A stretch of 64,000 nucleotides of DNA from an uncultured Rhodocyclaceae bacterium (GCA_964479195.1 CAYZLI010000001.1:28572-92571), one strand, 5' to 3'; counted from the stretch's first letter, positions 48,555 to 61,398 are shown. Numbers and translations: made by a program. Notes: a model not told the origin generated them from the letters alone.

Positions 48555-49043
48555 TCACCGAAACTTGGCGTCCTGCTCCCGGTCCTTGGCGATCTGTTCC
48601 TCGTACTTGTCGCCCACGGCCAGCAGCATCTGCTTGGTGTAATAGAGGTCGCCGCGCTTCTCGCCGTGGTATTCCAGCACCCGCGTCTCGACGATGGCGT
48701 CCACCGGGCAGGCTTCCTCGCAGAAGCCGCAGAAGATGCACTTGGTGAGGTCGATGTCGTAGCGCGTCGTGCGCCGGGTGCCGTCCTCGCGCTCAGCCGA
48801 CTCGATGGTGATGGCCATGGCCGGGCAGACCGCCTCGCACAGCTTGCAGGCGATGCAGCGCTCTTCGCCGTTCGGGTAGCGGCGCAGGGCGTGCAGGCCG
48901 CGGAAGCGGTTGCTCTGAGGCGTCTTGTCCTCGGGGTACTGCACCGTGATCTTGTGGGCGAAGAAATAGCGCCCGGTCACGGACATGCCCTTGAGCAGCT
49001 CCTTGAGCAGCAGGCTGTTCAGGAAGTCCTTGGCACCCATCAC
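48555..49043 (-). CDS. nuoI: NADH-quinone oxidoreductase I
   Basis: [24 protein letters not shown]. Confidence 0.97.
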   Translation of the reverse strand: MMGAKDFLNSLLLKELLKGMSVTGRYFFAHKITVQYPEDKTPQSNRFRGLHALRRYPNGEERCIACKLCEAVCPAMAITIESAEREDGTRRTTRYDIDLTKCIFCGFCEEACPVDAIVETRVLEYHGEKRGDLYYTKQMLLAVGDKYEEQIAKDREQDAKFR

Positions 49044-49050
49044 GCGGCCT

Positions 49051-50136
49051 TTACTTGAAAACGTTCCATGGGGACACCATCCACACGCCGATGACGACGA
49101 TCCACAGGAGCGTCAGCGGCACGAACACCTTCCAGCCCAGGCGCATGATCTGGTCGTAGCGGTAGCGCGGGAAGGTGGCGCGGAACCAGAGGTAGAGCAG
49201 CAGGAAGACGGAAATTTTCGCCAGCAGCCAGTGGAACCCGTCCGGCAGGAAGGCGACCGGCGACAGCCAGCCCCCCAGGAACATGATCGAGGTGAGCGTG
49301 GCCACCAGGATCATGTTGGCATACTCACCCAGGAAGAACATGGCGAAGGCCATGCCCGAATACTCGACCATGTGGCCGGCGACGATCTCGGATTCGCCCT
49401 CCACCACGTCGAAGGGCGCCCGGTTGGTTTCCGCCACTCCGGAGATGAAATACACCACGAACATGGGTGCGAGCGGCAGCCAGTTCCAGGAGAGGAAGCT
49501 GAAACCATGTTCGGCGAACCAGCCCTTGCCCTGGGCGCGGACGATTTCGGTCAGGTTCAGGCTGTTGGACACCATGAGCACGCACACCAGGGCCAGGCCC
49601 ATGGATATCTCGTAGGAGACCATCTGTGCCGCCGAGCGCAGACCGCCGAGGAAAGGGTACTTGGAGTTGGAGGCCCAGCCGGCGATGATCACGCCGTAGA
49701 TGCCCATGGAAGTCATGGCGAGGATGTAGAACAGGCCCGCATCGGCGTTGGCCAGCACCCAGCCCTCGGCGAAGGGCACGACCGCCCAGGCCGCCAGCGC
49801 GGTCGTGATGGCCATGACGGGGGCCGCGAAGAACAGCACCTTGCTCGCGCCGCTGGGCACGAGCACTTCCTTGAAGAACAGCTTCATGCCGTCGGCGATG
49901 GGCTGCAGCAGGCCGAGCGGGCCGACGCGGTTGGGGCCGATGCGCACCTGCATGTAGCCGATGATCTTGCGCTCCGCGAACGTCAGATAGGCCACGCCCA
50001 GCAGGAGCGGGACAAGGATGCCCACGATCTTGGCCAGCGCCCAGATGGCCGGCCAGGCGGGTTTCACGACGCCCCACACGGGATCCCAGTAGGAACCCCA
50101 GAGCGACTGGAAAAACTGCAGCACGAGGGCTTCCAT
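49051..50136 (-). CDS. nuoH: NADH-quinone oxidoreductase H
   Basis: [26 protein letters not shown]. Confidence 0.97.
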   Translation of the reverse strand: MEALVLQFFQSLWGSYWDPVWGVVKPAWPAIWALAKIVGILVPLLLGVAYLTFAERKIIGYMQVRIGPNRVGPLGLLQPIADGMKLFFKEVLVPSGASKVLFFAAPVMAITTALAAWAVVPFAEGWVLANADAGLFYILAMTSMGIYGVIIAGWASNSKYPFLGGLRSAAQMVSYEISMGLALVCVLMVSNSLNLTEIVRAQGKGWFAEHGFSFLSWNWLPLAPMFVVYFISGVAETNRAPFDVVEGESEIVAGHMVEYSGMAFAMFFLGEYANMILVATLTSIMFLGGWLSPVAFLPDGFHWLLAKISVFLLLYLWFRATFPRYRYDQIMRLGWKVFVPLTLLWIVVIGVWMVSPWNVFK

Positions 50137-52469
50137 CAGGCACGCTCCACGCTGATCGCGCCGTGCAGGGCGCCGAGGCCCGCGGTAAGCGGGTGTCCGG
50201 CGGCCACGCGCACGCAGTTGTCGGGCAGGCCGTTGTCCAGGACGACATCCAGTTCCACCGCTCCGTTGCCCTGGCGGACCCGCGCCTTGGCGCCCGCCGC
50301 CAAGCCCAGCTTCTGCAGGGTGGCGGCATTCATGCGCGCGGCGGGGGCCGCCGCGTCCCGGCTCTTCTGCAGGGACTCGGCGCGGCGCACCAGGGGATCG
50401 GCGAAGTAGATCGGCACATCGGCCACCCGCTGCAGGGCGGGGGCCGGGTCGCCAAGGACGACGGCCGCCCCGGCGACCTGGTTGTTCAGCCGCTCGGTGA
50501 CGAACTGCGGCTGGCCGCCGAGGGCCTCCGCGCGCACCGCCTCCGAGCTGTCTTGCTCGAAGCCCGGCAGGCCCAGCAGGTTGCCCAGCACACGCAGCAC
50601 CTTCCAGGCCGGCCGCGTCTCGTCGAGCGGTTTCACGACGGCGTTGAAGCTCTGCACCCGGCCCTCGGTGTTGATGAAAGTGCCGGAGGTCTCGGTGAAG
50701 GGCGCCACCGGCAGGATCACGTGGGCGTAGTCCAGGGCCCCGATCTTCAAAGGTGCCAGGGCCACCACCAGGTCGGCGCCCTTCAGGGCCGCCATGGCCT
50801 GCTGCGGATCGGCGCAATCGAGTTCCGGCTCGGCATGCAGCACCAGGTAGGCCTTGCGCGGCTGGGCCAGCATCTGCGCGGCGTTCAGGCCGCCCGCGCC
50901 CGGAGCGGCATTGGCGAGGTAACCGCCCACGGAGTTGGCCGCCTCGCCCAGGAAGCCGAAGCGGCCGCCGGTAAGGCGGGCGAGCTCCTGGGCCAGGGCC
51001 TGCAGCGTGGCGGCCTGGGGATGCTGCTGGGCCAGGTTGCCCAGGAAGACCCCCACCTTCTCGCCCGAGACCAGGCTGGCGGCGATCTTCTTTGCGGCTT
51101 CCGAGGGTTGGACGCCGACGAGCGAGGCATCGGCCTGGACGCCCTTCGCCTCGGCGGCGGCCTTGACGATGCCGGCCAGTTCGGCGGCCAGGGCCGAAGG
51201 CGCGACGATGGATTTTCCCGCCACGCTCATGAGCAGGTCGTCGTCGGCCACGTGCAGTACGTTCACGCGGGTGCCCCGCTTGGCGGCCTGGCGCAGGCGC
51301 TGGGCCAGCAGGGGATGGTCCTTGCGCAGGAAGGAGCCCACCACCAGCACGCGGTCCAACTCCTTGATCTCGGCGATCTTCATGCCCAGCCAAGGGGCGC
51401 CGTTGCGCTTGCCGTCCAGGGCGAAATCGGTCTGGCGCAGGCGGAAATCCACGTTCTCGCAGCCCAGGCCGCGCATGAGCTTGCCCAGCAGGTACAGCTC
51501 TTCCAGGGTGGCGTGGGGCGAGGCCAGCGCACCCACGGCCTGGGGGCCGTGCTCCGTGATGATCTTCCTGAGTTCGGTGCCGGCGAACTCCAGGGCTTTC
51601 TGCCAATCCGTCGCCTCGAGACCGCTGCACTTCCTGAGCATCGGCTTGGTCAGGCGCTGGTCGGAATTGAGCGCCTCATAGGAGAAGCGGTCCCGGTCGG
51701 CCAGCCAGCACTCGTTCACATCCTCGTTCTCCAGGGGCAGGACGCGGTAGACCCGGTTGTTCTTCACCTGGACGATGAGGTTGGCGCCCAGCCCGTCGTG
51801 CGGGCTCACGGACTTGCGCCGCGACAGTTCCCAGGTGCGGGCGGCGAAGCGGAAGGGCTTGGAGGTGAGCGCGCCGACCGGGCAGAGATCGATGACGTTG
51901 CCGGAGAGCTCCGTATCCACCGTCTTCTCGATGAAGGGCATGATCTCGGCGTGCTCGCCGCGGAAGGCCTGGCCCAGCTCCATGAAGCCGGCAATCTCCT
52001 GGGTGAAGCGCACGCAGCGCGTGCAGTGGATGCAGCGCGTCATGTCGGTGGCGACCAGCGGCCCGAGGTCCTTGTTCGCCACCACGCGCTTCTCTTCCTG
52101 GTAGCGGGAGGCCACACCGCCATAGCCGACGGACAGGTCCTGCAACTGGCACTCGCCGCCCTGGTCGCAGATGGGGCAGTCGAGGGGGTGGTTGATGAGC
52201 AGGAACTCCATCACGCCCTTCTGGGCCTTCACCGCCGACTCGGAGTGCGTGTACACCTTCATGCCGTTGGTCACCGGCGTGGCGCAGGCCGGCAGGGGCT
52301 TGGGCGCCTTCTCCACCTGCACCAGGCACATGCGGCAGTTGGCGGCGATGGAGAGCTTCTTGTGGTAGCAGAAATGCGGGACGAAGATGCCCAGCTTGGT
52401 GGCGGCATCCATCACGGTGCTGCCGTCCGGCACCTCGGTCTTGCGCCCGTCGATCTCGATTTCTAGCAT
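50136..52469 (-). CDS. nuoG: NADH-quinone oxidoreductase G
   Basis: [33 protein letters not shown]. Confidence 0.97.
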   Translation of the reverse strand: MLEIEIDGRKTEVPDGSTVMDAATKLGIFVPHFCYHKKLSIAANCRMCLVQVEKAPKPLPACATPVTNGMKVYTHSESAVKAQKGVMEFLLINHPLDCPICDQGGECQLQDLSVGYGGVASRYQEEKRVVANKDLGPLVATDMTRCIHCTRCVRFTQEIAGFMELGQAFRGEHAEIMPFIEKTVDTELSGNVIDLCPVGALTSKPFRFAARTWELSRRKSVSPHDGLGANLIVQVKNNRVYRVLPLENEDVNECWLADRDRFSYEALNSDQRLTKPMLRKCSGLEATDWQKALEFAGTELRKIITEHGPQAVGALASPHATLEELYLLGKLMRGLGCENVDFRLRQTDFALDGKRNGAPWLGMKIAEIKELDRVLVVGSFLRKDHPLLAQRLRQAAKRGTRVNVLHVADDDLLMSVAGKSIVAPSALAAELAGIVKAAAEAKGVQADASLVGVQPSEAAKKIAASLVSGEKVGVFLGNLAQQHPQAATLQALAQELARLTGGRFGFLGEAANSVGGYLANAAPGAGGLNAAQMLAQPRKAYLVLHAEPELDCADPQQAMAALKGADLVVALAPLKIGALDYAHVILPVAPFTETSGTFINTEGRVQSFNAVVKPLDETRPAWKVLRVLGNLLGLPGFEQDSSEAVRAEALGGQPQFVTERLNNQVAGAAVVLGDPAPALQRVADVPIYFADPLVRRAESLQKSRDAAAPAARMNAATLQKLGLAAGAKARVRQGNGAVELDVVLDNGLPDNCVRVAAGHPLTAGLGALHGAISVERA

Positions 52470-52496
52470 GTCCAGCAATCCATTATCGCGAAGCGA

Positions 52497-53852
52497 TCAC
52501 GACGCTTCCCTCTCCCTCTGGGAGAGGGATTGAGGGTGAGGGCCGACCGCAAAGAATCCGCTGCCGGCGCGTTGCACATCGACCGGCACGAGGCATTTCT
52601 TGTGTTCGATGTGGTATTCGAATTCCGCGCCGAAGTGCTTGATGAAGCTCTTCACCGGCATGGAGGCGGCGTCGCCCAGGGCGCAGATGGTGCGCCCCAT
52701 GATGTTGTCGGTAACGCTGTTGAGCAGCTCCAGGTCTTCGGCCCTGCCCTGCCCCGTCTCGATGCGATGCACCACCCGGTAGAGCCAGCCGGTGCCCTCG
52801 CGGCAGGGCGTGCACTGGCCGCAGGACTCCTCGAAGTAGAAGTAGGACAGCCGCTCCAGGGCCTTCACCATGCAGGTGGTCTCGTCCATGACGATCACCG
52901 CGCCGGAGCCCAGCATGGAGCCTGCCTTGGCGATGGAATCGTAGTCGAGGGTGCATTCCATCATGATGTCGGCGGGCAGCACCGGGGCGGAGGAGCCGCC
53001 CGGGATGACCGCCTTCAGCTTGCGCCCGCCGCGCACGCCGCCCGCCATCTTCAGCAGCTCGGCGAAGGGCAGGCCCATGGGCACTTCGAAGTTGCCCGGC
53101 TTGTTCACGTGGCCGGACACCGAGAAGAGCTTGGTGCCGCCGTTGTTGGGCTTGCCCAGCTCGAGGAATTTCTCCCCGCCGTGGGTGACGATGTAGGGCA
53201 CCGAAGCGAAGGTCTCGGTGTTGTTGATGGTGGTCGGCTTGCCGTAGAGGCCGAAGCTCGCCGGAAAAGGCGGCTTGAAGCGCGGCTGGCCCTTCTTGCC
53301 CTCGATGGACTCGAGCAGCGCCGTCTCCTCGCCGCAGATGTAGGCGCCGTAGCCGTGGTGGGCGAAGAGATCGAAGCTGAAATCGGAGCCGAGGATGTTC
53401 TTGCCGAGGAAACCCGCGGTGCGGGCTTCGTCCAGCGCCTCCTCGAAGCGCTGGTAGATTTCCCAGATCTCGCCGTGGATATAGTTGTAGCCGCGCTGGC
53501 AGCCCATGGCGTAGCCGGCGATGATCATGCCCTCGATCACCATGTGCGGGTTCCAGCGCAGGATGTCGCGGTCCTTGAAGGTGCCCGGCTCGCCCTCGTC
53601 GGAGTTGCACACCACGTACTTGTCGCCCGGGAACTGGCGGGGCATGAAGCTCCACTTCAGGCCCGTCGGGAAGCCGGCGCCGCCGCGGCCGCGCAGGGCG
53701 GATTTCTTCAGCTCGGCGACGATGTTCTCGGCCGGAATCTTCTCGGCGAAGATCTTCTTCAGCGCCGCGTAGCCGCCGCCCTTGACATACTCGGCCAGGC
53801 GCCAGGAGCGCTCGCCTTCCTCTCGATCCAGGATGAAGCCCAGGGTAGCCAT
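52497..53852 (-). CDS. nuoF: NADH-quinone oxidoreductase F
   Basis: [40 protein letters not shown]. Confidence 0.97.
   Translation of the reverse strand: MATLGFILDREEGERSWRLAEYVKGGGYAALKKIFAEKIPAENIVAELKKSALRGRGGAGFPTGLKWSFMPRQFPGDKYVVCNSDEGEPGTFKDRDILRWNPHMVIEGMIIAGYAMGCQRGYNYIHGEIWEIYQRFEEALDEARTAGFLGKNILGSDFSFDLFAHHGYGAYICGEETALLESIEGKKGQPRFKPPFPASFGLYGKPTTINNTETFASVPYIVTHGGEKFLELGKPNNGGTKLFSVSGHVNKPGNFEVPMGLPFAELLKMAGGVRGGRKLKAVIPGGSSAPVLPADIMMECTLDYDSIAKAGSMLGSGAVIVMDETTCMVKALERLSYFYFEESCGQCTPCREGTGWLYRVVHRIETGQGRAEDLELLNSVTDNIMGRTICALGDAASMPVKSFIKHFGAEFEYHIEHKKCLVPVDVQRAGSGFFAVGPHPQSLSQREREAS
52498..52542 (+). repeat. Palindromic repeat family A copy forming the nuoF 3' end
   Basis: cacgacgctt-ccctctccc-tct-gggagaggg-attgagggtgaggg; encodes [14 protein letters not shown]. 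Confidence 0.75.
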
Positions 53853-54325
53853 CACTTGCACTCCGCCAGCAACTGGTCGATCTTGTCGGGCTGCATGAAG
53901 CTGCACATGCGCACGTTGTTCACCAGCAGCACCGGAGCGTCGCCGCAGGCGCCCATGCACTCGCCCTCCTTCAGGGTGAACTTCCCGTCGGGCGTGGTCT
54001 CGTTGAAGCCGATGCCCAGCTTTTCCTTCAGGTAGTCGGCCGCGTGCACGCCGCCGGAGAGCGCGCAGGGCAAGTTGGTGCACACCGTGACCTTGTACTT
54101 GCCGACCGGGGCCAAGTCGTACATGTTGTAGAAACTGGCGACCTCATAGACCGCGATGGCCGGCATGCCGAGGTGGCCGGCGACGAACTCGACGGTCTCG
54201 TTGGACAGCCAGCCCTTCTCCGTCTGGGCGATGGCAAGCGCCGCCATCACCGCCGACTGCTTCTGCTCGGCCGGATACTTGGCGGTCTCGCGGTCGATCT
54301 GCTTCAGCGCTTCCTGGCTCAGCAT
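53852..54325 (-). CDS. nuoE: NADH-quinone oxidoreductase E
   Basis: VCTNLPC, ECMGAC. Confidence 0.97.
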   Translation of the reverse strand: MLSQEALKQIDRETAKYPAEQKQSAVMAALAIAQTEKGWLSNETVEFVAGHLGMPAIAVYEVASFYNMYDLAPVGKYKVTVCTNLPCALSGGVHAADYLKEKLGIGFNETTPDGKFTLKEGECMGACGDAPVLLVNNVRMCSFMQPDKIDQLLAECK

Positions 54326-54332
54326 CGGTGTA

Positions 54333-55586
54333 CTACCTGTCAATATCGCCGAAGACGATGTCCATCGTGCCGATGACCGCCACCACGTCGGCGATCATGT
54401 GCCCCTTGGTCATTTCTTCCAGCGCGGCAAGGTGAACGAAGCCGGGCGGGCGCAGCTTCATGCGGTAGGGCTTGTTCGCGCCGTCGGAGACGAGGTACAC
54501 GCCGAACTCGCCCTTGGGGTGCTCGATTCCGGCATAGGCCTCGCCGGCCGGCACGTGGATACCCTCGGAGAAGAGCTTGAAGTGGTGAATCAGCTCCTCC
54601 ATGTTGGCCTTCATGTCCTCCCGCGGGGGTGGGGCCACCTTGTGGTTCTCGGTGATGACGGGCCCGGGGTTCTTGCGCAGCCAGTCGATGCACTGCTTGA
54701 CGATGCGGTTGGCCTGGCGCATCTCCTCGATGCGCACCAGGTAGCGGTCGTAGCAGTCGCCGTTGACGCCCACCGGAATATCGAAGTCGAGCCGGTCATA
54801 GACCTCGTAGGGCTGCTTCTTGCGCAGGTCCCACTCGACGCCCGAGCCGCGCAGCATGGGACCGGTGAAGCCCAGCGCCAGCGCCCGCTCCGGGGAGACC
54901 ACGCCGATGCCCACGGTGCGCTGCTTCCAGATGCGGTTGTCGGTGAGCAGCGTCTCGTACTCGTCCACGTAGGTGGGGAAGCGGTTGGTGAAGTCCTCGA
55001 TGAAGTCGAGCAGCGAGCCCTGCCGGTTCTCGTTGAGCCGCTTCACCGTCTCGGCGCTCTTGAACTTGGACACCTCGTACTGGGGCATGCGCTCGGGCAG
55101 GTCGCGGTAGACGCCGCCCGGCCGGTAGTAGGACGCGTGCATGCGCGCGCCCGACACCGCCTCGTACACGTCCATCAGGTCCTCCCGCTCGCGGAAGGTG
55201 TAGAGCACCATCGTCATGGCGCCGATGTCCAGGGCGTGGGTGCCCACGGCGAGCAGGTGGTTGAGGATGCGGGTGAGCTCGTCCATCATCACGCGGATGT
55301 ACTGGGCGCGGAGCGGCACCTCGATTTCCAGCAGCTTCTCGACCGCCAGGACGTAGGCGTGCTCGTTGCACATCATGGAGACATAGTCCAGCCGGTCCAT
55401 GTAGGGCACGGACTGGATCCAGGTCTTGGTCTCCGCCAGCTTCTCGGTGGCGCGGTGCAGCAGGCCGATGTGCGGGTCGGCGCGCTGCACCACCTCGCCG
55501 TCCAGTTCCAGCACCAGGCGCAGCACGCCGTGGGCCGCGGGGTGCTGCGGTCCCAAGTTGAGCGTGTAATTGCGAATCTCAGCCAT
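54333..55586 (-). CDS. nuoD: NADH-quinone oxidoreductase D
   Basis: [26 protein letters not shown]. Confidence 0.97.
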   Translation of the reverse strand: MAEIRNYTLNLGPQHPAAHGVLRLVLELDGEVVQRADPHIGLLHRATEKLAETKTWIQSVPYMDRLDYVSMMCNEHAYVLAVEKLLEIEVPLRAQYIRVMMDELTRILNHLLAVGTHALDIGAMTMVLYTFREREDLMDVYEAVSGARMHASYYRPGGVYRDLPERMPQYEVSKFKSAETVKRLNENRQGSLLDFIEDFTNRFPTYVDEYETLLTDNRIWKQRTVGIGVVSPERALALGFTGPMLRGSGVEWDLRKKQPYEVYDRLDFDIPVGVNGDCYDRYLVRIEEMRQANRIVKQCIDWLRKNPGPVITENHKVAPPPREDMKANMEELIHHFKLFSEGIHVPAGEAYAGIEHPKGEFGVYLVSDGANKPYRMKLRPPGFVHLAALEEMTKGHMIADVVAVIGTMDIVFGDIDR

Positions 55587-56184
55587 GGCCGACGTCCCCG
55601 TAGTTCTCTTCACGGATGATGCGCGGCGTGACTTCGCGCGGCTCGATGGTCACCGGCTGGTAGATGACGCGCCGCTGGTCCGGGTCGTAACGCATTTCGA
55701 CATAGCCCGAAATCGGGAAATCCTTGCGGAACGGATGGCCGACGAAGCCGTAGTCGGTGAGGATGCGGCGCAGGTCCACATGGCCTTCGAAGAGGATGCC
55801 GAAGAGGTCGAAGGCCTCCCGCTCGAACCAGGTCGCGCTGGGCCAGATGCCCGTGACGGAGGCGAGCACCGGGAACTCATCGTCCGGCGCGAAGACGCGA
55901 ACGCGCAGGCGCCAGTTCTTCGCAACCGAGAGCAGGTGGCAGACCGCCGCGAAACGCCGGCCTTGCCAGGCCCCATCACCGTAGGTCGAGTAGTCGACAC
56001 CGCACAGGTCGATAAGTTGCTCGAAGCGCAGGTCCGGGTGATCGCGCAGGATGCGCGCCACGTCCAGGTAGTCCGCCGCGGCGAGCTCGATGGTGACTTC
56101 GCCGAGCGCGGTCTTCAAATTCCTGACGCGATCGCCCAGGGCGTTATGCAGATTCTGGCAAAGCGTGTCCAGCTTGGCGCTCAT
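55579..56184 (-). CDS. nuoC: NADH-quinone oxidoreductase C
   Basis: [29 protein letters not shown]. Confidence 0.97.
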   Translation of the reverse strand: MSAKLDTLCQNLHNALGDRVRNLKTALGEVTIELAAADYLDVARILRDHPDLRFEQLIDLCGVDYSTYGDGAWQGRRFAAVCHLLSVAKNWRLRVRVFAPDDEFPVLASVTGIWPSATWFEREAFDLFGILFEGHVDLRRILTDYGFVGHPFRKDFPISGYVEMRYDPDQRRVIYQPVTIEPREVTPRIIREENYGDVGHG

Positions 56185-56203
56185 GGGGCGTAAGCCTCGG
56201 AAA

Positions 56204-56680
56204 TCAGCGGGCGATGGTGTAAGTGCGTTTGATCTTGTTCTGCAACTGGATGATGCCGTAGAGCAGCGCCTCGGCCGTCGGCGGGCAGCCGGGCACATAC
56301 ACATCCACCGGGACGATGCGGTCGCAGCCGCGCACCACGGAATAGGAGTAGTGGTAATAGCCGCCGCCGTTGGCGCAGGAGCCCATGGAAATGACCCAGC
56401 GCGGTTCGGCCATCTGGTCATAGACCTTGCGCAGGGCCGGCGCCATCTTGTTGGTGAGGGTGCCGGCGACGATCATCACGTCGGACTGGCGCGGGCTGGG
56501 CCGGAAGACGACGCCGAAGCGGTCCAGGTCGTAGCGGGAGCAGCCGGCGTGGATCATCTCGACGGCGCAGCAGGCCAGCCCGAACGTCATGGGCCACATG
56601 GAGCCGGTGCGCGTCCAGTTGATCAGCTTGTCGAGGGAGGTGGTGACGAAACCTTCCTGGAGAACGCCTTCTATGCTCAC
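56204..56680 (-). CDS. nuoB: NADH-quinone oxidoreductase B
   Basis: [25 protein letters not shown] start. Confidence 0.97.
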   Translation of the reverse strand: MSIEGVLQEGFVTTSLDKLINWTRTGSMWPMTFGLACCAVEMIHAGCSRYDLDRFGVVFRPSPRQSDVMIVAGTLTNKMAPALRKVYDQMAEPRWVISMGSCANGGGYYHYSYSVVRGCDRIVPVDVYVPGCPPTAEALLYGIIQLQNKIKRTYTIAR

Positions 56681-56687
56681 CGCCCGT

Positions 56688-57062
56688 TCACTCCCAATCC
56701 AATGCGCCCTTGGCCCAGGCGTAGACGTAACCGATGACAAGTATGCCGATGAAGATCAGCATCTCGAAGAATCCGAACAGGCGGATCGACTCGGTGCCGA
56801 CGATGTCCTTGAAGATGACCGCCCAGGGAAAGAGGAAGGCGATTTCCAGGTCGAACACGATGAAGATGATGGCTATCAGGTAGAAGCGCACGTCGAACTT
56901 CATGCGCGCATCCTCGAAGGCCTCGAAGCCGCATTCGAAGGGGGAAAGCTTTTCGCTGTCGGGACGGTTCGGCGCTACCAGCCAGCCGAGGAGAATCGGG
57001 ACGCACCCGAAGGCCAGGCCGACGAGCACGAACAGAAGGATGGGAAAATAATTTTCCAACAT
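56688..57062 (-). CDS. nuoA: NADH-quinone oxidoreductase A
   Basis: [26 protein letters not shown]. Confidence 0.97.
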   Translation of the reverse strand: MLENYFPILLFVLVGLAFGCVPILLGWLVAPNRPDSEKLSPFECGFEAFEDARMKFDVRFYLIAIIFIVFDLEIAFLFPWAVIFKDIVGTESIRLFGFFEMLIFIGILVIGYVYAWAKGALDWE

Positions 57063-57150
57063 GGTCCGGGCGGCTTATGCCGCAGAGTCATCCGCGACCC
57101 CTTGCCGCGGATCAGGCACCCGGCTTGTGGCCAAGTGCCAGTGGAAAATC

Positions 57151-57235
57151 TGGTGCCGACGGTGAGACTCGAACTCACACGGCTTGCGCCACCGCCCCCT
57201 CAAGACGGCGTGTCTACCAATTTCACCACGTCGGC
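57151..57235 (-). tRNA. tRNA-Leu (GAG)
   Basis: GCCGACGTGGTGAAATTGGTAGACACGCCGTCTTGAGGGGGCGG...GTTCGAGTCTCACCGTCGGCACCA; long variable arm; canonical position after secG. Confidence 0.95.
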
Positions 57236-57338
57236 ATCGAATCCGTGCTTCGCCCGGTTTCCAGGGGAAAAGCACCACGTTCATATGGCGACGCAAATTC
57301 AAGACCATTATATCCGCATTTGCGTCCCCGCGTAACTC

Positions 57339-57707
57339 TTATTTCGGAATTTCCTTCGCTTTCGAGTCTGTTGGGGCCGGCTGCGGAACCGGCCCATCAG
57401 TCTTTTCCACCGGCGCAGCAGGCTGCGTTTTCACCTGCTCCATCACGCTGGTCGGCGCCTGGGTGCGGTTGGTCGCCATGTAGCTCAGGCCCAGGCTGGT
57501 GAGGAAGAACACCGTCGCCAGGACGGCCGTCGTGCGGCTCAGGAAGTTGGCCGAGCCCGAGGCGCCGAACAGGCTGCCCGAGGCGCCGCTGCCGAAGGCC
57601 GCGCCCATGTCGGCGCCCTTGCCATGCTGGACGAGAACCAGGCCGATGATGGCCAGCCCGACCAGGATATGCACCGTCAGCATCAGGGGAAACAGGAATC
57701 CGTCCAT
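57339..57707 (-). CDS. secG: Preprotein translocase SecG
   Basis: VLVQHGKGADMGAAFGSGAS...NFLSRTT. Confidence 0.96.
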   Translation of the reverse strand: MDGFLFPLMLTVHILVGLAIIGLVLVQHGKGADMGAAFGSGASGSLFGASGSANFLSRTTAVLATVFFLTSLGLSYMATNRTQAPTSVMEQVKTQPAAPVEKTDGPVPQPAPTDSKAKEIPK

Positions 57708-57726
57708 CGCCTTTCCGTTCTATGGT

Positions 57727-58482
57727 TCAGCGCGCCGCCGCCTCGCAGATTGCCAGGAAGTCTTTCGCCACCAGCGAGGCGCCGCCGATCAGCCCGCCGT
57801 CGATGTCGGCCATGCCGAAGAGTTCCGCCGCATTCTGCGGCTTCACGCTGCCGCCGTAGAGAATGGGCAGCTTCTGCGCCAGCGCCGCATCCCCCTGGGC
57901 GATGCGGCCGCGGATGAAGGCATGCACGTCCTGCGCCTGCTCGGGCGTCGCCGTGCGGCCTGTGCCGATGGCCCACACGGGTTCGTAGGCGATGACAGCA
58001 TCGGCAAAGGCCGGCAGGCCGGCCGCCCGGGCCACCGCGTCCAACTGCGCGGCAATGACCTGCTCCGTGCCGCCCTGCTCGCGCTGCTCGAGGGTTTCGC
58101 CCAGGCAGAGGATGGGCACCAGACCAGCCTTCACCGCCGCGCCGAACTTGGCCGCCACCGTCTCGTTGCTCTCGCCGTACAGGCTGCGCCGCTCCGAATG
58201 GCCGACGATGGCATAACGGCAGCCGAAGTCCTTCAGCATGGCCGCACTGACCTCGCCCGTATAGGCCCCCTGGACATGCTCGCAGACGTTCTGCGCTCCC
58301 CAGGCAATGGCCGAGCCCGTCAGCAACTCCCGGGCCTGGGCCAGGTAGGGGAAAGGCACGCAGACGGCGCAGTCGGCACCGCCGCCCTTGCCCACCGCCT
58401 GCACCAGGCTTTGGAGAAGGCCGCGGTTCACGGCCAGGCTGCCGTGCATCTTCCAGTTGCCAGCTACGAATTTGCGGCGCAT
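57727..58482 (-). CDS. tpiA: Triosephosphate isomerase
   Basis: AGNWKM, GHSERR, AYEPVWAIGTG, LYGGSV. Confidence 0.98.
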   Translation of the reverse strand: MRRKFVAGNWKMHGSLAVNRGLLQSLVQAVGKGGGADCAVCVPFPYLAQARELLTGSAIAWGAQNVCEHVQGAYTGEVSAAMLKDFGCRYAIVGHSERRSLYGESNETVAAKFGAAVKAGLVPILCLGETLEQREQGGTEQVIAAQLDAVARAAGLPAFADAVIAYEPVWAIGTGRTATPEQAQDVHAFIRGRIAQGDAALAQKLPILYGGSVKPQNAAELFGMADIDGGLIGGASLVAKDFLAICEAAAR

Positions 58483-58592
58483 TGCTTCTTCTTCGGGTCG
58501 TCAAAAGCGGGAGATTCTAGCGTCTCGACGCTCCAGGGTCAATGAACGGGCCGCTATTGCGCCGAGGCGCCCGGCGCAACCCGCCAACAACG

Positions 58593-59390
58593 TCAGCCGA
58601 AGCGGCCGGTGATGTAGTCCTCCGTCTCTTTCTTCTGCGGCTTGATGAAGATCTGGTCGGTGACGCCGAACTCGATCAACTCGCCGAGATACATGTAGGC
58701 GGTGAAATCGGACACGCGGGCCGCCTGCTGCATGTTGTGGGTGACGATGAGGATGGTCACCTTGTCCTTCAGTTCGGTGATCAGCTCCTCGATGTTGGCC
58801 GTGGCGATGGGGTCCAGGGCGGAGGTCGGCTCATCGAAGAGAATGAGCTCGGGCTCCGTGGCGAGCGCCCGTGCGATGCACAGGCGCTGCTGCTGGCCGC
58901 CGGAGAGATTGAACGCCAGGTCGTCCAGGCGATCCTTCACCTCGTCCCAGAGGGCGGCCCCGCGCAGGGCCTCCTCCACCTTCTCATCGAGAATGACCCG
59001 CTTCTTGACGCCGCGCACGCGCAGGCCGTAGGCCACGTTCTCGTAGAGGGACTTGGGAAAAGGGTTCGGCTTCTGGAACACCATGCTGATGCGCATGCGC
59101 ACCTCGATGGGGTCCACGTCGGGCGCGAGGAGATCGGTGTTGTCCGGGTGGAGCCGGATGCCGCCCTCGTAGCGGTTGCCCGGATAGAGGTCGTGCATGC
59201 GGTTGAAACAGCGCAGGAAGGTGGACTTGCCGCAGCCCGAGGGACCGATCAGCGCCGTGACCTTCTTCTCATGCACGGTCATGTTGATGTTCTTCAGGGC
59301 TTGGAAGTCGCCGTAATAGAAGCTCAGGTTGTGCGCCTGCGCTTTCGCGACGAGCCGTTCGGTGGGTGCGAGGTTGTCCATTTCTTTCAA
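58593..59390 (-). CDS. pstB: Phosphate ABC transporter ATPase
   Basis: [35 protein letters not shown]. Confidence 0.96.
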   Translation of the reverse strand: MKEMDNLAPTERLVAKAQAHNLSFYYGDFQALKNINMTVHEKKVTALIGPSGCGKSTFLRCFNRMHDLYPGNRYEGGIRLHPDNTDLLAPDVDPIEVRMRISMVFQKPNPFPKSLYENVAYGLRVRGVKKRVILDEKVEEALRGAALWDEVKDRLDDLAFNLSGGQQQRLCIARALATEPELILFDEPTSALDPIATANIEELITELKDKVTILIVTHNMQQAARVSDFTAYMYLGELIEFGVTDQIFIKPQKKETEDYITGRFG

Positions 59391-59409
59391 GCCTGTTGGG
59401 ACGACGCGG

Positions 59410-60333
59410 CTACCATTTGATATTGCGCCGCAGACGGTAGCGCAGATAGATGGCCAAGCCGTTCATGGCCAGGGTCATCAGCACCAGCACGAAGCCGGCG
59501 GCGGCCGCATTGGCCTGGAACGCCGCCTCGGGACGCGACGTCCAGTTGAACATCTGGATGGGCATCACGGTGAACGGCGCCATGAGCCAGTCGAAGTTGA
59601 AGAACGGCACGGTTTCCTGGTAGGGCGCCGGCGGCACGAAGGCGATGAAGGTGAGCGCACCGATGGTGATGATGGGCGCCGTCTCGCCGATGGCCCGCGC
59701 CATGCCGATGATGACCCCGGTTAGGATGCCCGCGCTGGAATAGGGCAGGATGTGGTCGCGCACCGTCTGCCAGGGCGTGGCCCCCAGCGCGTACGCGCCC
59801 TCGCGGATCACCTGGGGAATGGCGCGGATCGACTCCCGCGTCGCTACGATGACGATGGGCAGGATCAGCAGGGCCAGGGTAAGCCCCGCCGACAGGATGC
59901 TCTGGCCGAAGCCGAACTGATAAACGAAAAGGCCCAGCGCCAGCAGACCATAGACGATCGAGGGCACGCCCGCCAGGTTGGTGACGTTGATCTCGATAAT
60001 GTCGGTCATCAGGTTCTTCGGCGCGTATTCCTCCAGGTAGATGCCCGCGGCAACGCCCAAGGGCACGGCGGCCATGGCCGTGGTGAGCATCACCAGGGTC
60101 GTGCCGACCCAGGCCGAGAGGATGCCGGCCTGTTCCGCGCGGCGGGAAGGAAAATTCATGAAGAAGTCGGCCGACAGCCGGGGCACGCCCTGCAGGGTCA
60201 TGTCGACGAACAGCGAAACGAAGGTCAGCACGCCCAGCATCAGCGCCAGCAGGCCGACGACGGAAAAGATCACGTCCCAGCGCTTGTGCCGGGCGATGAT
60301 GCCCCGCATCACGTCCACGTTGCGCAAGTCCAT
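59410..60333 (-). CDS. pstA: Phosphate ABC permease
   Basis: [20 protein letters not shown]. Confidence 0.95.
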   Translation of the reverse strand: MDLRNVDVMRGIIARHKRWDVIFSVVGLLALMLGVLTFVSLFVDMTLQGVPRLSADFFMNFPSRRAEQAGILSAWVGTTLVMLTTAMAAVPLGVAAGIYLEEYAPKNLMTDIIEINVTNLAGVPSIVYGLLALGLFVYQFGFGQSILSAGLTLALLILPIVIVATRESIRAIPQVIREGAYALGATPWQTVRDHILPYSSAGILTGVIIGMARAIGETAPIITIGALTFIAFVPPAPYQETVPFFNFDWLMAPFTVMPIQMFNWTSRPEAAFQANAAAAGFVLVLMTLAMNGLAIYLRYRLRRNIKW

Positions 60334-61286
60334 CAGTAGGCCTCCCGGTATTTCTTGCGCAGGATGTGGCCGACTATGTTCAGCGTCAAGGTCATCAGCA
60401 TCAGGGACAGGCCGGCGGCGAAGATGGTCTGGTAGCCGATGGAACCGTGCGGCAGGTCGCCCAGGGCCACCTGCACGATGTAGGCGGTAATGGTGGCGGC
60501 CGGCTCGAGCGGATTCCAGGTGAGATTCGGCTGCATGCCGGCGGCGATCGCCAGGATCATGGTTTCGCCGACCGCACGGGAAATCCCGAGGATGTAGGCC
60601 GAGGCGATGCCGGAAGTGGCCGCCCGCATCACCACCTTGAGTGCCGTCTGCAGCCGTGTCGCGCCCATCGCGTAGGAGCCCTCGCGCAGGCTCATGGGCA
60701 CGGCGCGCATGGCGTCTTCCGAAAGGGAGCTGACGTAGGGGATGATCATGATGCCCATGACCAGGCCTGCCGACAGCAGGTTGAAGCCGGGCAGGTCGGG
60801 GTAGAGCTTCTGCAGCAGCGGCGTGACGAAGATCAGGGCGAAATAGCCATAGATGATGGTCGGCACGCCCCCCAGCAGTTCCAGGAACGGCTTGGCCAGC
60901 TCGCGCACCTTGAAGGGCGCGAATTCCGAGAGATAAATGGCGATGACCGTCCCGAGGGGAATGGCCACCGACAGGGCGACGACGGAACTGACCACCGTGC
61001 CGGAGAGCAGCACCATGATGCCGAAATGGGCGTCGTCGAAAAGGGGCGTCCACTGGGTGTCGGTGAGGAAATCCACCAGCGGCACGTGCTGGAAGAAGGC
61101 CACGGACTCCGTGATCAGGATATAGACGATGGCGACGGTGGTGAATACCGAGAGGGAGGCCGCCAGGAACAGCAGCGCCTCGATCACGCGTTCGCGCAAA
61201 TGCCGCGTCCGACGCTTTTTCAGCCGCTGGCTGGTCGTGGCCGGATTCATGAGCGGAAGTCTTTGGGCGGCTGCCTGAACGGACAT
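60333..61286 (-). CDS. pstC: Phosphate ABC permease
   Basis: ELLGGVPTIIYG, SRAVGETM. Confidence 0.95.
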   Translation of the reverse strand: MSVQAAAQRLPLMNPATTSQRLKKRRTRHLRERVIEALLFLAASLSVFTTVAIVYILITESVAFFQHVPLVDFLTDTQWTPLFDDAHFGIMVLLSGTVVSSVVALSVAIPLGTVIAIYLSEFAPFKVRELAKPFLELLGGVPTIIYGYFALIFVTPLLQKLYPDLPGFNLLSAGLVMGIMIIPYVSSLSEDAMRAVPMSLREGSYAMGATRLQTALKVVMRAATSGIASAYILGISRAVGETMILAIAAGMQPNLTWNPLEPAATITAYIVQVALGDLPHGSIGYQTIFAAGLSLMLMTLTLNIVGHILRKKYREAY

Positions 61287-61369
61287 GGTCGCGGAACGGG
61301 TGGCAATTATCCCAGAATTCGGCCTGCTGCGGAGGCTTGGGCACGGCCCGAGCCCCTCCCGCAGGCGCT

Positions 61370-61398
61370 AAAAAAAGGGGCCGGGCGAACCCGGCCCC
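61370..61398 (-). terminator. Rho-independent terminator-like hairpin after pstS
   Basis: GGGGCCGGG-ttcg-CCCGGCCCC followed by T7 on the minus strand. Confidence 0.8.

Noticed and set aside
49051..51630. 859-aa NuoH with a long N-terminal extension (also extended pstA, nuoF, norY, dsrH and cas6 ORFs)
   Set aside because: The extensions overlap upstream genes in another frame; real starts are internal.
57151..57235. tRNA-Leu as an integration site for an island
   Set aside because: Canonical secG-tRNA-nuoA order is intact; no integrase or duplicated tRNA 3' end seen.
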